A stretch of DNA of 64,000 bases, taken from NCBI GenBank assembly GCA_017304135.1, contig JAFLBB010000007.1, positions 7,404 through 71,403 of the forward strand, read 5' to 3'. Positions 10,234-22,883 of the stretch are shown here, one piece after another. The position numbers were made by a program, and so were the translations under genes. The notes below the pieces were generated by a model. It was given only the letters and a program-made list of their open reading frames with translations, searched no databases and was not told the origin of the DNA. This DNA is from Acidobacteriota bacterium (lineage in GTDB: Bacteria; Acidobacteriota; Terriglobia; Bryobacterales; Bryobacteraceae). Position 1 is the stretch's first letter, and each line of letters starts with the position of its first letter.

Positions 10234-12028
10234 ATGAGACTAGCACTAGCCATCGGAAGCTTCCTCATCCTCGTGGTGCACGGACTGGTGTTCTACAAAC
10301 AGTTCTTCCACGCCTGGGAACGCCACCAGAGCGCTTACTTCGACCAGGCCCGCGGGCTGGCCAAGAGCGAAACCGAGCGCGCCGCCGTCACCGGCCGCAG
10401 CCCGCGCATCGAGCAGCTCATCGTCACCAGCTTTGGTGAAACGCGCGTCGATCGCTGCACGACATGCCATATCTCCAGCGACGATCCTCGCTTTGAAAAA
10501 TACGCCCACCCGCTCAAGACCCATCCCTACTCAGCAGCCATGGGCGACGTTCAGAAAAACGGCAAATGGGAGCGCCGCCATAAGTTCTCCGACTTTGGCT
10601 GCACGGTGTGCCACGACGGCCAGGGCCGCGGCCTCAAGCCCGAGTACAGCCACGGCGAGGACCACTACTGGCCCGACCCGCTCCTCGGCTACGTCGCGCA
10701 ACATGGCTGGCGCAAGGAGTTCGTCTCCAAGCTCAAGGGCCGCGAATACATGGAAGCCAACTGCGCCCAATGCCACACGGAGGACAACTTCGCCGGCACG
10801 GCCACGGTGCAGCGCGGCCGCCAGCTTTTCTTCTCCACCAACTGCTATGGCTGTCACCGCATCGAAGGTCTCTCCGACGGCACGCTCGGCCCCGACCTCA
10901 CCGAGGTGGGCAAGAAGTTCAAGGTCGACTATCTATGGGAGTCCATCGCCGATCCGCGCGCCAACTCGGCGACCTCGGTGATGCCGCAGTTCAAGCTTTC
11001 CGAAGCCGACCTGAAAGCGCTGGTCATCTTCCTCAAATCGCGCAAGGGGATGAACTTCTCGGAAACCGAGATCCAGCGCTACCGCGCCAAGCTCACCGGC
11101 GGAGCTGAGCTCATCCAGGCCACCATCAAACCGGTGGAGATCACAGCCAGCCAGATGTTGCAGCAGGGCCAGAAGCTGGTTGAGGACCGCGCCTGCATGG
11201 CCTGCCACAAGCTCAACGCCAGGGACGGCGGCATCGCGCCAGACCTGAGCTATGAGGGTCTGCTGAAAGACGAGTCCTGGATCCAGGAGCACTTCGCCAA
11301 TCCGCGCAGCGTGGTGTCGGACTCCATCATGCCGACGTTCCGCTTCACGGCCGACGAGTTCAAAGCCATGTCGGCGTATCTGGCCAGCCTCAAAACCGCG
11401 CCGGCGCTGGCCAGCGGCGCCGACGCCTACAAGGCGCTTTGCCAGCGCTGCCACGGCGACAAGGGCGACGGCCACGGCGAAATCGCCATCTACCTTGACC
11501 CCTACCCGCGCGACCTCACCAAGGCCGGGTTTATGAACTCGAAGCCGATGGAACGGCTCACACACTCGATTCAGAACGGCGTTGCCGGAACCTCGATGCC
11601 CGCCTGGGGCAAGTTGTTGAACGAGGCGCAGGTGAAGGGCGTGCTGGAGCACGTTCTGACCACGTACACCAAGACGCCACGGCGCGAATTGAAAGCACGC
11701 AAGGTGCCCACGGCGAATCCCGTGGCCATGAGTCCTGCCTCGGTCACGCGCGGCGAAGCAGTGTTCGTGCAACGCTGCGCCGGCTGCCACGGACGCAAGG
11801 CCGACGGCAAGGGACCGAACTCGCTCGACATCCTGCCCCGCCCGCGCAACCTGCGCAACTCAGCGTTCGTGCACAGCGTGAACGATGAGCGGCTTTTTGA
11901 CTCCATCCTCTACGGCGTCCAGGGCACGGCCATGCCGCCCTGGATCGACTATGGTCTCTCCAACAACGACGTTGGCGATCTCGTGAACTTCATCCGCGGC
12001 ATCAATCCGCAATCGAAAGGAAACCAGC

Positions 12029-12054
<26 letters not shown>
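10234..12054 (+). CDS. heptaheme c-type cytochrome subunit of the bc complex, with a CcoP-like diheme C-terminal module
   Basis: Seven CxxCH motifs: [52 protein letters not shown]. The last two carry the CxxCHG..G.G signature typical of CcoP/class-I domains. N-terminal TM anchor. AAGGAGAG Shine-Dalgarno upstream. Confidence 0.85.
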
Positions 12055-13426
<1,372 letters not shown>

Positions 13427-13444
13427 GGCACAAGGAGATTTCCC

Positions 13445-14014
13445 ATGCTGAGAAAAGCAGACAATAGCGCCTCCTGGGCCGTCGCCGCTTCGCTCGTCCT
13501 CTTCTCCATCGGCGGCATCCTCACCACCGTGGTGCCGCCGCTGGTGGACAGCTCGTGGGCCAAGCCCTTCGAGAACTCCGACCCCGCCAAGGGGCCAACG
13601 GGCAAGCTGACGCAACTGAATGAACTCCAGTTGCAGGGCCGCGCCATCTACGTCCGCGAAGGCTGCTGGTATTGCCACACACAACAGACGCGCACGCTGC
13701 TGGCCGACACCAAACGTTCCGGCTGGAAGGGCGTCGATTCGCCCGTCTCCACCCCCGACGAATTCGTCTACGACTCGCCGCACCTGTTCGGCACCAAGCG
13801 CACCGGGCCTGACCTGTCGCGCGTCGGCGGCAAGTACGACGAGCAATGGCACCGCACCCACTTCCGCAACCCGCGCGACCTCGTGCAGGGTTCCATCATG
13901 CCGCCCTACCCGTGGCTGGTGGAGAACCCGCAGGAGTTCAAAGCCATCGTCGCCTACATGCAGTCGCTCGGCCGCGCCAAGAACTGGCGCCCCAACGAAG
14001 ATTACGAACAGTGA
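13445..14014 (+). CDS. ccoO: cbb3-type cytochrome c oxidase subunit II (monoheme)
   Basis: N-terminal TM helix and a single CWYCH heme motif. Length and position are typical of CcoO/FixO. Confidence 0.9.
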   Translation: MLRKADNSASWAVAASLVLFSIGGILTTVVPPLVDSSWAKPFENSDPAKGPTGKLTQLNELQLQGRAIYVREGCWYCHTQQTRTLLADTKRSGWKGVDSPVSTPDEFVYDSPHLFGTKRTGPDLSRVGGKYDEQWHRTHFRNPRDLVQGSIMPPYPWLVENPQEFKAIVAYMQSLGRAKNWRPNEDYEQ

Positions 14015-14022
14015 GGAACGCC

Positions 14023-14202
14023 ATGACTGACTACACCTATCCGAGCGTCTATCTCGCCTACTTCTTCTTCGCCCTCATGGCCGGACTCGCCGTCTACTTC
14101 TGCGTCCGCTCGGCGCGCGACGGCTACTGGGGCGAGCATGCCGAGGATCCCAAGTATACGGTGTTCGACGACGACGAGCATAACGAAAGGAGCGCGTCAT
14201 GA
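14023..14202 (+). CDS. CcoQ-like small single-TM protein (59 aa)
   Basis: MTDYTYPSVYLAYFFFALMAGLAVYFCVRSARDGYWGEHAED…: one TM helix and an acidic tail, at the ccoQ position between ccoO and the ccoP-like gene. Called by position and size only. Confidence 0.4.
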   Translation: MTDYTYPSVYLAYFFFALMAGLAVYFCVRSARDGYWGEHAEDPKYTVFDDDEHNERSAS

Positions 14203-14525
14203 GTGACTCCACCAAGACGCCGCCCGCGGGCGGCCACGAGGAGTTGAAGGAGTACGCCGGCGGCTGGATGACCGAGCGCAAGGGCACCGACGCGCCGGCC
14301 TTCCTCAAACTCGCCTTCCCGATCATCGGGCTGTTCGCGACCGGCTATCTCGTCGTCTACATGTACGGCGAGGTGGCGCATGAGGACCGCGGCGCCCTCG
14401 TGCAGAAGTTCAACGAAGTCACGCAGACCTCGCCCACGCTGATGTATGCCGTGGCCGCCATGGCGCTGGTCTACGTCATCCTGCTTGTGTCGTTCGTCAT
14501 CCGCCAGTTCAAAGAGGAAGAGTAA
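14199..14525 (+). CDS. CcoP N-terminal-domain (FixP_N-like) membrane protein lacking heme-binding domains
   Basis: 108 aa, two TM helices, no CxxCH. GHEELKEYAGGWMTERKGTDAPAFLKLAFPIIGLFATGYLVVY aligns by eye with the conserved G-IEEYDNPLPRWW-(TM) segment at CcoP N-termini. AAAGGAG Shine-Dalgarno upstream. Confidence 0.45.
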   Translation: MSDSTKTPPAGGHEELKEYAGGWMTERKGTDAPAFLKLAFPIIGLFATGYLVVYMYGEVAHEDRGALVQKFNEVTQTSPTLMYAVAAMALVYVILLVSFVIRQFKEEE

Positions 14526-14527
14526 CT

Positions 14528-16462
14528 GTGACCAACGGGTCCTGGCAGCTTCGCGTGTTGGACGACTCGCAGTACTGGGTCGAGATGGTGAAGTGCCGCA
14601 ACGCGTGCCCGGTGAAGACCGACGCCTGCGGCTATGTGAACGCCATTGCCGAGGGGCGCTATGAAGAGGCCTACCGCATTGCGCGCGCCACAAATCCCTT
14701 CGCCTCCATCTGCGGCCGCGTGTGCGGCGCGCCGTGCGAGATGAACTGCCGCCGCGGTTCGCTCGACGAGCCGGTCTCGATTCGCGCACTGAAGCGGTTT
14801 GTCACCACGCAGTACGGCCCCGAGGCCGGCGACTACCGCATCTACCGCGAAGCCTGCGACCAGCGCATGCTGCCGGCCAACCGCGGCGACTACGAGAAGA
14901 TCGCCGTCGTCGGCGGCGGCGTCTCCGGACTCACCGTGGCGCACGACCTGATCCAGCTTGGCTACAAGGTCACCGTCTTTGAAGCGCACTCCGAACCGGG
15001 CGGCATGCTCATGGTGGGTGTGCCCGTGTTTCGCCTGCCGCGCGACCTCGTGCGGCATGAGATCCAGGCCATCCTCTCGATGGGCGTGGAACTGAAGTGC
15101 AACATGCGCCTCGGCCGCGATTTCACCATCGCCAGCCTGCGCGCCGAGGGCTACAAGGCCGTCTTTCTCGGCATCGGCCTGCCCAAGGGGCGCAAGTTGG
15201 CGATTCCGGGCTCTGAAACCGATGGCGTGTACGACGGCATGGAGTTTCTGCGCGCCTTCAACGAAGGCAAGCCCATGCCTCTGGGCCGCCGCATCATCGT
15301 CATCGGCGGCGGAAACGTCGCTTATGACGTCGCGCGCTCCGCCCTGCGCCCGGCCGAAGCCGCCGCCACGCGCGCCGAGACGCTTGAGGAGATGGGGCGC
15401 GGCGAACAGATGGCCTACGATGTGGCCCGCTCGGCGCTGCGCATGAGCGGCGATAAGGAAGTCCACGTGGTCTGCCTCGAGTCGCGCGAGGAGATGCCGG
15501 CCGACGACATCGAAGTTCACGAAGGCGAGGAAGAGGGCATTCATCTGCACAACCGGCGGGGTCCGCACGAGGTTCTCATGGAGAACGGCAAGCTCGCCGG
15601 CCTGCGCACCCGCAAGTGCACCTCCGTCTTCAACGAAGAAGGACGCTTCGATCCGAAATTCGAAGAAGAGGCCTTCGACGACATCCACGCCGACTCGATC
15701 ATCTTTGCCATCGGCCAAAGCTCGGACCTCTCCTTTCTCGCCCCGGAGGATGGCGTGGAGTCGGCGCGCGGGCTGATCAAGGTGAATCCGGAAACCTACC
15801 AGACCACGGCGCCGGACGTCTTTGCCTGCGGCGACATCGCCCACGGCCCGCGCCTGTTCATCGACGCCATCGCCTCGGCCCACACCGCCGCCCGATCCAT
15901 GCACGATTTTCTCCGCGGCACACGCACCGACATCGCCCTGCGCAAACAGTGGCTGCCGGCGGCCTACACGATGGCCGAAGGCTGGCACCGCATGGGCCGC
16001 ACGAATCCGCCCGTGCTGGAAACGCAGCGCCGCGCCGCCTCCATCGAAAACGTCGAAGAGAACTACCCCGAAGAGATGGCCAAGCGCCAGGCCGCCCGCT
16101 GCCTGCGCTGCAACGTGAACACGGTATTTGACACCTCCATTTGCATCGCCTGCAACGGCTGTGTCGATGTGTGCCCGGAAGATCTCATCAAGCTGGTCGG
16201 CCTGAGCCGGCTGTCTGATAACGATGCGTTTTCCAAACTCGCCGCCGCCGGCGCCGACCTGAGCCGCGATGAGTACGCCGCGCTGACGGTGGCCGAAAAG
16301 GACGAGTTGGGTGGTGTGATGCTTAAGGACGAATCCACTTGCATTCGCTGCGCCATGTGCGCCTCGCGTTGCCCGACGCATGCCATCACGATGAAGAAGT
16401 TCGACCACTATCAGGAATGCGTCACCATCCCGTCACCAAATCCCAAGGTTCTGTATCAGTAG
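14528..16462 (+). CDS. NAD(P)H-dependent FAD oxidoreductase, glutamate synthase small-subunit (GltD) family, with two extra C-terminal [4Fe-4S] ferredoxin domains
   Basis: GltD-type N-terminus (CRNACPVKTDACGY…FASICGRVCGAPCEMNCRRG). Two Rossmann motifs (VVGGGVSGL; IVIGGGNVAYD). C-terminal CLRCNVNTVFDTSICIACNGCVDVCPE plus CIRCAMCASRCP. GTG start at 14528. Contains a 31-codon in-frame duplication around AYDVARSALR. Confidence 0.8.
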   Translation: MTNGSWQLRVLDDSQYWVEMVKCRNACPVKTDACGYVNAIAEGRYEEAYRIARATNPFASICGRVCGAPCEMNCRRGSLDEPVSIRALKRFVTTQYGPEAGDYRIYREACDQRMLPANRGDYEKIAVVGGGVSGLTVAHDLIQLGYKVTVFEAHSEPGGMLMVGVPVFRLPRDLVRHEIQAILSMGVELKCNMRLGRDFTIASLRAEGYKAVFLGIGLPKGRKLAIPGSETDGVYDGMEFLRAFNEGKPMPLGRRIIVIGGGNVAYDVARSALRPAEAAATRAETLEEMGRGEQMAYDVARSALRMSGDKEVHVVCLESREEMPADDIEVHEGEEEGIHLHNRRGPHEVLMENGKLAGLRTRKCTSVFNEEGRFDPKFEEEAFDDIHADSIIFAIGQSSDLSFLAPEDGVESARGLIKVNPETYQTTAPDVFACGDIAHGPRLFIDAIASAHTAARSMHDFLRGTRTDIALRKQWLPAAYTMAEGWHRMGRTNPPVLETQRRAASIENVEENYPEEMAKRQAARCLRCNVNTVFDTSICIACNGCVDVCPEDLIKLVGLSRLSDNDAFSKLAAAGADLSRDEYAALTVAEKDELGGVMLKDESTCIRCAMCASRCPTHAITMKKFDHYQECVTIPSPNPKVLYQ

Positions 16463-16469
16463 AACTAGA

Positions 16470-17180
16470 ATGACGGCTCTGGAATTCTCCATTCCGTTCG
16501 GTTTGGGACTGGTTTCCAGTCTCCACTGCACGCAGATGTGCGGTCCGCTCGTGCTTGCCTATAGCACGCCGATCCAGGGCGCGCGTCGAGCCGGGCTCAC
16601 GGCGCATCTTTCCTACAACCTGGGCAGGCTGTTCACCTATTCCCTGCTCGGCGCCGCCGCCGGCTTCGCCGGTGGAGGCATTGCCGCCCTCGGCCGGCTG
16701 GCGGGGGTGGAGAAGACGGCCGCCATCGTTGCAGGCATCGCCATGATCATCGCCGCCATCTTAATGGCCGGCTGGCTGCCGAAGAGTACATTAGTGCAAC
16801 TTGGCTCAGGACCATCCTGGATTTCGCGCACCGCGGGGCGTCTGCTGCGGTCAGCGGAACCTGTGCACAAGTTCGCGCTTGGCCTGGTGCTGGGGCTGCT
16901 GCCCTGCGGACTGATTTACGCCGCGCTGCTGAAGGCCATGGAAACGGGCTCGGCGCTGGACGGCGGTCTCACGATGTTTGCCTTCGGATTGGGCACCTCG
17001 GGCGCGCTGCTCGCGATAGGGCTCTTTTCCACCGCCATCACCGCCCGCCTGGGCCGGTACGCCAACACGTTTGCCGCGGTCAGTGTCGCCCTGATGGGGG
17101 CCTACCTGCTGTGGCACGGTTTGCGCGCCGCCCCCACGGGCGCCGGCACGGGGGCATGCCATCATGGCCACACCTCCTAG
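16470..17180 (+). CDS. TauE/SafE-annotated DsbD_2-like polytopic membrane protein with HCxxMCGP motif
   Basis: 236 aa, about 6 TM helices, N-terminal SLHCTQMCGPL motif, Gly/Ala-rich helices. Start overlaps the preceding stop. Confidence 0.55.
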   Translation: MTALEFSIPFGLGLVSSLHCTQMCGPLVLAYSTPIQGARRAGLTAHLSYNLGRLFTYSLLGAAAGFAGGGIAALGRLAGVEKTAAIVAGIAMIIAAILMAGWLPKSTLVQLGSGPSWISRTAGRLLRSAEPVHKFALGLVLGLLPCGLIYAALLKAMETGSALDGGLTMFAFGLGTSGALLAIGLFSTAITARLGRYANTFAAVSVALMGAYLLWHGLRAAPTGAGTGACHHGHTS

Positions 17181-18519
17181 CGCGCCGCCCAAACCGAAGC
17201 TGGTACGTCTGCCGCCGCTGCCACCCGCCGATACGGTCTACCATCGCATTCGCAAGCGCGTCCACCTGATCTTCTTCCTCATTTTCGTCGCGCTCCCGTT
17301 TTTCAATGTGATGCGCTTCGACATCCCCCGCCAGCGCTTTTACTTCGCCGGCTTCGAGCTGTGGATCAACGAATTCGCCATCATCTTTTTCGCGCTGATG
17401 TTCTTCATGTTCGTCATCGCGGCGTCGGCCATTCTCCACGGGCGCGTCTATTGCAGCTACGCCTGCCCGCAGATGATTTTCAGCGAATGGAGCATCACGG
17501 TGGAGCGCTGGGCCCAACAGCGCATCAACCGCCGTTTCCCCAAGTGGCCCGCCGCGCGGAAGAAGATTGCCCAGCAGTCCATCTTTTACTCCGTGCTGCT
17601 GGTGGCTTCGGTCTTCCTTGCCTTCGTCTTTACGGCCTACTTTGTCGAGCCGCGCGATCTGTTGGCCCGCCTGTTCAGCTTCGATTTGCAAACCGCGGGG
17701 GGCATCACCGGGGCCATTGTGACGGCCATCACGTTTCTCGATTTCACGCTCGTGCGCCTGCGCTTCTGCACCACGGTCTGCCCGTACGGCTACCTGCAAG
17801 GGATGCTCCAGGACAGGAATACGCTGCTGGTGATCTACCGCGACGGCAAGGACGAGCAGAAGGTCTGCATCGAGTGCAAGAAGTGCGTGCGCGTGTGCGA
17901 AATGGGCATCGACATCCGCGAGTCGCCCTACCAGATCGAATGCGTGCATTGCGGCGAGTGCATCGACGCTTGTGAAGACGTGTTGCGCAAGGTGGGCCGC
18001 CCTGGCCTGATCCACTACGCCTGGGGCGAGCAGAGTGCGCCGGCTCCGGCCGCAAAGCAACGCGAGCCCCTGCTTCACCGCCTCGGCCTGCGCGACGCCA
18101 AACGCATCGGCATCGCCCTCATCCTGGTCTTCTATTTGTTCGGACTGATGGCGGTTCTTTCCATGCGCCGCCCGGTGATGGTGCGCGTCATTCCAGACCG
18201 CACAACGCTGTTCCAGGATCTGGGCGATGGGCGCATCGGGAACACCATCCGGCTGCATCTGGTGAATCGCGGCAGCACGCCGACCGAGGTCCGCTTCTGG
18301 GTGGAGAATCTCCCTGGCGCGGAGATCGGCATCACGCCGAACCCGCTCACGCTCGCCCCTGGTGAGGAGATCCAGCGGTCGTTCGAACTGCGCGCCCACC
18401 CCTGGAGCGGGGCGCAAGATGTGAACCGCTTCCGCTTTCTGGCGCAACCCTCCAACGAAACCACACCGGACCAGTTCGACCTCACCTTCATCATGCCCGT
18501 GCCCAAGCCCACGCGATAG
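17164..18519 (+). CDS. ccoG: cytochrome c oxidase accessory protein CcoG/FixG (polyferredoxin)
   Basis: N-terminal TM helices, then CSYACPQ, CTTVCPYG, CIECKKCVRVCEMGIDIRE and CVHCGECIDACE ferredoxin motifs, plus a C-terminal Ig-like region. Typical CcoG architecture. Confidence 0.9.
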   Translation: MATPPSAPPKPKLVRLPPLPPADTVYHRIRKRVHLIFFLIFVALPFFNVMRFDIPRQRFYFAGFELWINEFAIIFFALMFFMFVIAASAILHGRVYCSYACPQMIFSEWSITVERWAQQRINRRFPKWPAARKKIAQQSIFYSVLLVASVFLAFVFTAYFVEPRDLLARLFSFDLQTAGGITGAIVTAITFLDFTLVRLRFCTTVCPYGYLQGMLQDRNTLLVIYRDGKDEQKVCIECKKCVRVCEMGIDIRESPYQIECVHCGECIDACEDVLRKVGRPGLIHYAWGEQSAPAPAAKQREPLLHRLGLRDAKRIGIALILVFYLFGLMAVLSMRRPVMVRVIPDRTTLFQDLGDGRIGNTIRLHLVNRGSTPTEVRFWVENLPGAEIGITPNPLTLAPGEEIQRSFELRAHPWSGAQDVNRFRFLAQPSNETTPDQFDLTFIMPVPKPTR

Positions 18520-18530
18520 GATGAGAACCA

Positions 18531-18701
18531 ATGCCTGATCGAGCCAACGCCAGTTCCGCCAAACCACGCTCTTACTTTCCCCTGTTTCTCAGCGCCATCT
18601 TCGTCCTCTTTCTCGGCCTCCTGGCTTACACCTGGATTGGCGCCGAGAAGGCCAACCCCGTGATCCTGGATGAGCACGGGCAGCCGCGCGACCGTCGATA
18701 A
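18531..18701 (+). CDS. small single-TM membrane protein (56 aa) at the ccoH position
   Basis: ATG 18531: MPDRANASSAKPRSYFPLFLSAIFVLFLGLLAYTWIGAEKANPVILDEHGQPRDRR*. Sits between ccoG and ccoI where ccoH/fixH usually is, but is far shorter than FixH. Not in the ORF track because it is under 60 aa. Confidence 0.3.
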   Translation: MPDRANASSAKPRSYFPLFLSAIFVLFLGLLAYTWIGAEKANPVILDEHGQPRDRR

Positions 18702-18703
18702 CC

Positions 18704-21178
<2,475 letters not shown>

Positions 21179-21208
21179 GCCATCCGGCGTGCGGTTCGCG
21201 CCCACCTG

Positions 21209-22138
21209 TTATTTTGGCGCCAGTCGATGCTGTTGAAACCACTCCACGGCCAGTTGGTCGCGTTTATGGCGGTTGCGCGTCAGGACATGGTCGTCGTGGG
21301 CAAAGATAACCAGTGAGTACGGGCGTCTGTGTACGGTGAGTGCCTCGGCGAGGCGAAGGGACTGCCTGGGCGAAAGCGAGTCGTCGCCGCCATGCAGAAT
21401 CAGGATCGGTGTTCGGATCTTCTCAGGCCAGCGCAGGGCCGACCGGCTTTCGTGGATACCTTCCCGTTCCGCATCGTAGTCCGGCCACAGGAACCGGGCG
21501 AGTTTACGATCCGGGTCCTGCAGATTTAGGGTTTCTTCAAGGTCCGTAGTGGCGCCATACACGGCCGCTGCGCGCACGGGGAAGCCGTCGCGCAGCGCGA
21601 AATAGGTCATCATGCCACCGCGCGACTCCCCATACAGAAACACCTCCCCGGCATTCACCGATGGCAGTGAGTTCACCACTTCGATGGCATTGCGAAGGTC
21701 GGCCAGATCGGCGCCACCCAGCTCATCGTGGCCGGCCGTTCCGTCGCTGCCGCGAAACATCGGGGCGAACACGACAAACCCCTGCCGGGCCAGCCTTCGC
21801 ATCATCGTGACCAGCAGCGGAGCCTGGTTGTGGACGATCAGGCTGCCGCGTGAAAAGACGATCGCGGGCAGTTTGCCCGAGAGCTGCTTCGGACCATAGA
21901 GATAGCCTGACACGACCACGCCATTGCTTCGGTATAAAAGGCGCTCGTAGAGAAAGTTAGGGTCCGCTTTCGCCTCGGCGTATTCTGAGGCGGTCGCGTA
22001 CCGGGCGATCGGCGGCGTGGCTTCGAAGGCGGGCAGGTCAATCGGCATCCGCTCCACGATGAGAGCCCCACCCGGCTGCGCGCCGCGGAGTCCCGTACAG
22101 AGAAGAAGACTCAATAGCGGCAAGAGATTCCGGCGCAT
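21209..22138 (-). CDS. secreted alpha/beta hydrolase (dienelactone hydrolase/S9-like)
   Basis: Signal peptide MRRNLLPLLSLLLCTGLRGAQP. Nucleophile elbow GESRGG and a C-terminal HGGDD…H region. Confidence 0.7.
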   Translation of the reverse strand: MRRNLLPLLSLLLCTGLRGAQPGGALIVERMPIDLPAFEATPPIARYATASEYAEAKADPNFLYERLLYRSNGVVVSGYLYGPKQLSGKLPAIVFSRGSLIVHNQAPLLVTMMRRLARQGFVVFAPMFRGSDGTAGHDELGGADLADLRNAIEVVNSLPSVNAGEVFLYGESRGGMMTYFALRDGFPVRAAAVYGATTDLEETLNLQDPDRKLARFLWPDYDAEREGIHESRSALRWPEKIRTPILILHGGDDSLSPRQSLRLAEALTVHRRPYSLVIFAHDDHVLTRNRHKRDQLAVEWFQQHRLAPK

Positions 22139-22193
22139 GTAACCGCATTACGGATCGCGTGCGAAGGAGGATGCAGGAAATCTCTGCCCGCCG

Positions 22194-22736
22194 CTACTCC
22201 TCCTTCGGCGCCTTGCCGGCGAGGTAGAGGTTGCGCGAATCAACGATGGCGCGGCGGGCTTCGATAGGCCCCTGCCAGCCGTCCATGCGGGTCTTCTTCC
22301 CTTCCAGTTCCTTATAGATTGTGAAGAAGTGCTCGATCTCGCGGCGCACGTGGTGGAACACCTGGTCCATGGTGTGGATCTGGTCGTAGCGCGGATTGCG
22401 GTTGGGGACGGCGAGGATCTTCTGGTCGTGGTCGTCGGAGTCGGTCATATTGAGGATGCCGACGGGGCGGACCTCGATCATGCAACCAGGAAAGCTGGGT
22501 TCCTGGACCAGAGTGAGTACGTCGAGCGGATCGTGGTCTTCGGCGAGCGTGCCGGGGATGAAGCCGTAGTCGCCCGGGTAGTGCATGGGGGAGTAGAGAG
22601 CACGGTCAAGCCGGAAGAGGCCGAGCTTGCCGTCGTACTCGTATTTGTTGGTGGAGTTCTTGGGGATCTCCACAATCATGCGGATGATCTCCGGCGAGTT
22701 GGGGCCGGGATCGAGGTCGTATAAGTTCACAGACAC
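22194..22736 (-). CDS. ppa: inorganic pyrophosphatase
   Basis: Family I PPase signatures (…EIPKNSTNKYEYD…DGDPLDVL…) over 180 aa. Confidence 0.92.
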   Translation of the reverse strand: MSVNLYDLDPGPNSPEIIRMIVEIPKNSTNKYEYDGKLGLFRLDRALYSPMHYPGDYGFIPGTLAEDHDPLDVLTLVQEPSFPGCMIEVRPVGILNMTDSDDHDQKILAVPNRNPRYDQIHTMDQVFHHVRREIEHFFTIYKELEGKKTRMDGWQGPIEARRAIVDSRNLYLAGKAPKEE

Positions 22737-22883
22737 GTTTTCGAGAGTAGCAGACGGCGGGGGAAGGGATTGGCGCGGCGGAGCGGTTTGTGGCCGGATG
22801 GAATCGGTGAGGGGTGAGGCAGGGTTGAGCCGTTCTCAGGTGAATACCTGATTCAACCCGAGGCGGGAACGGCCGATAGTGAG

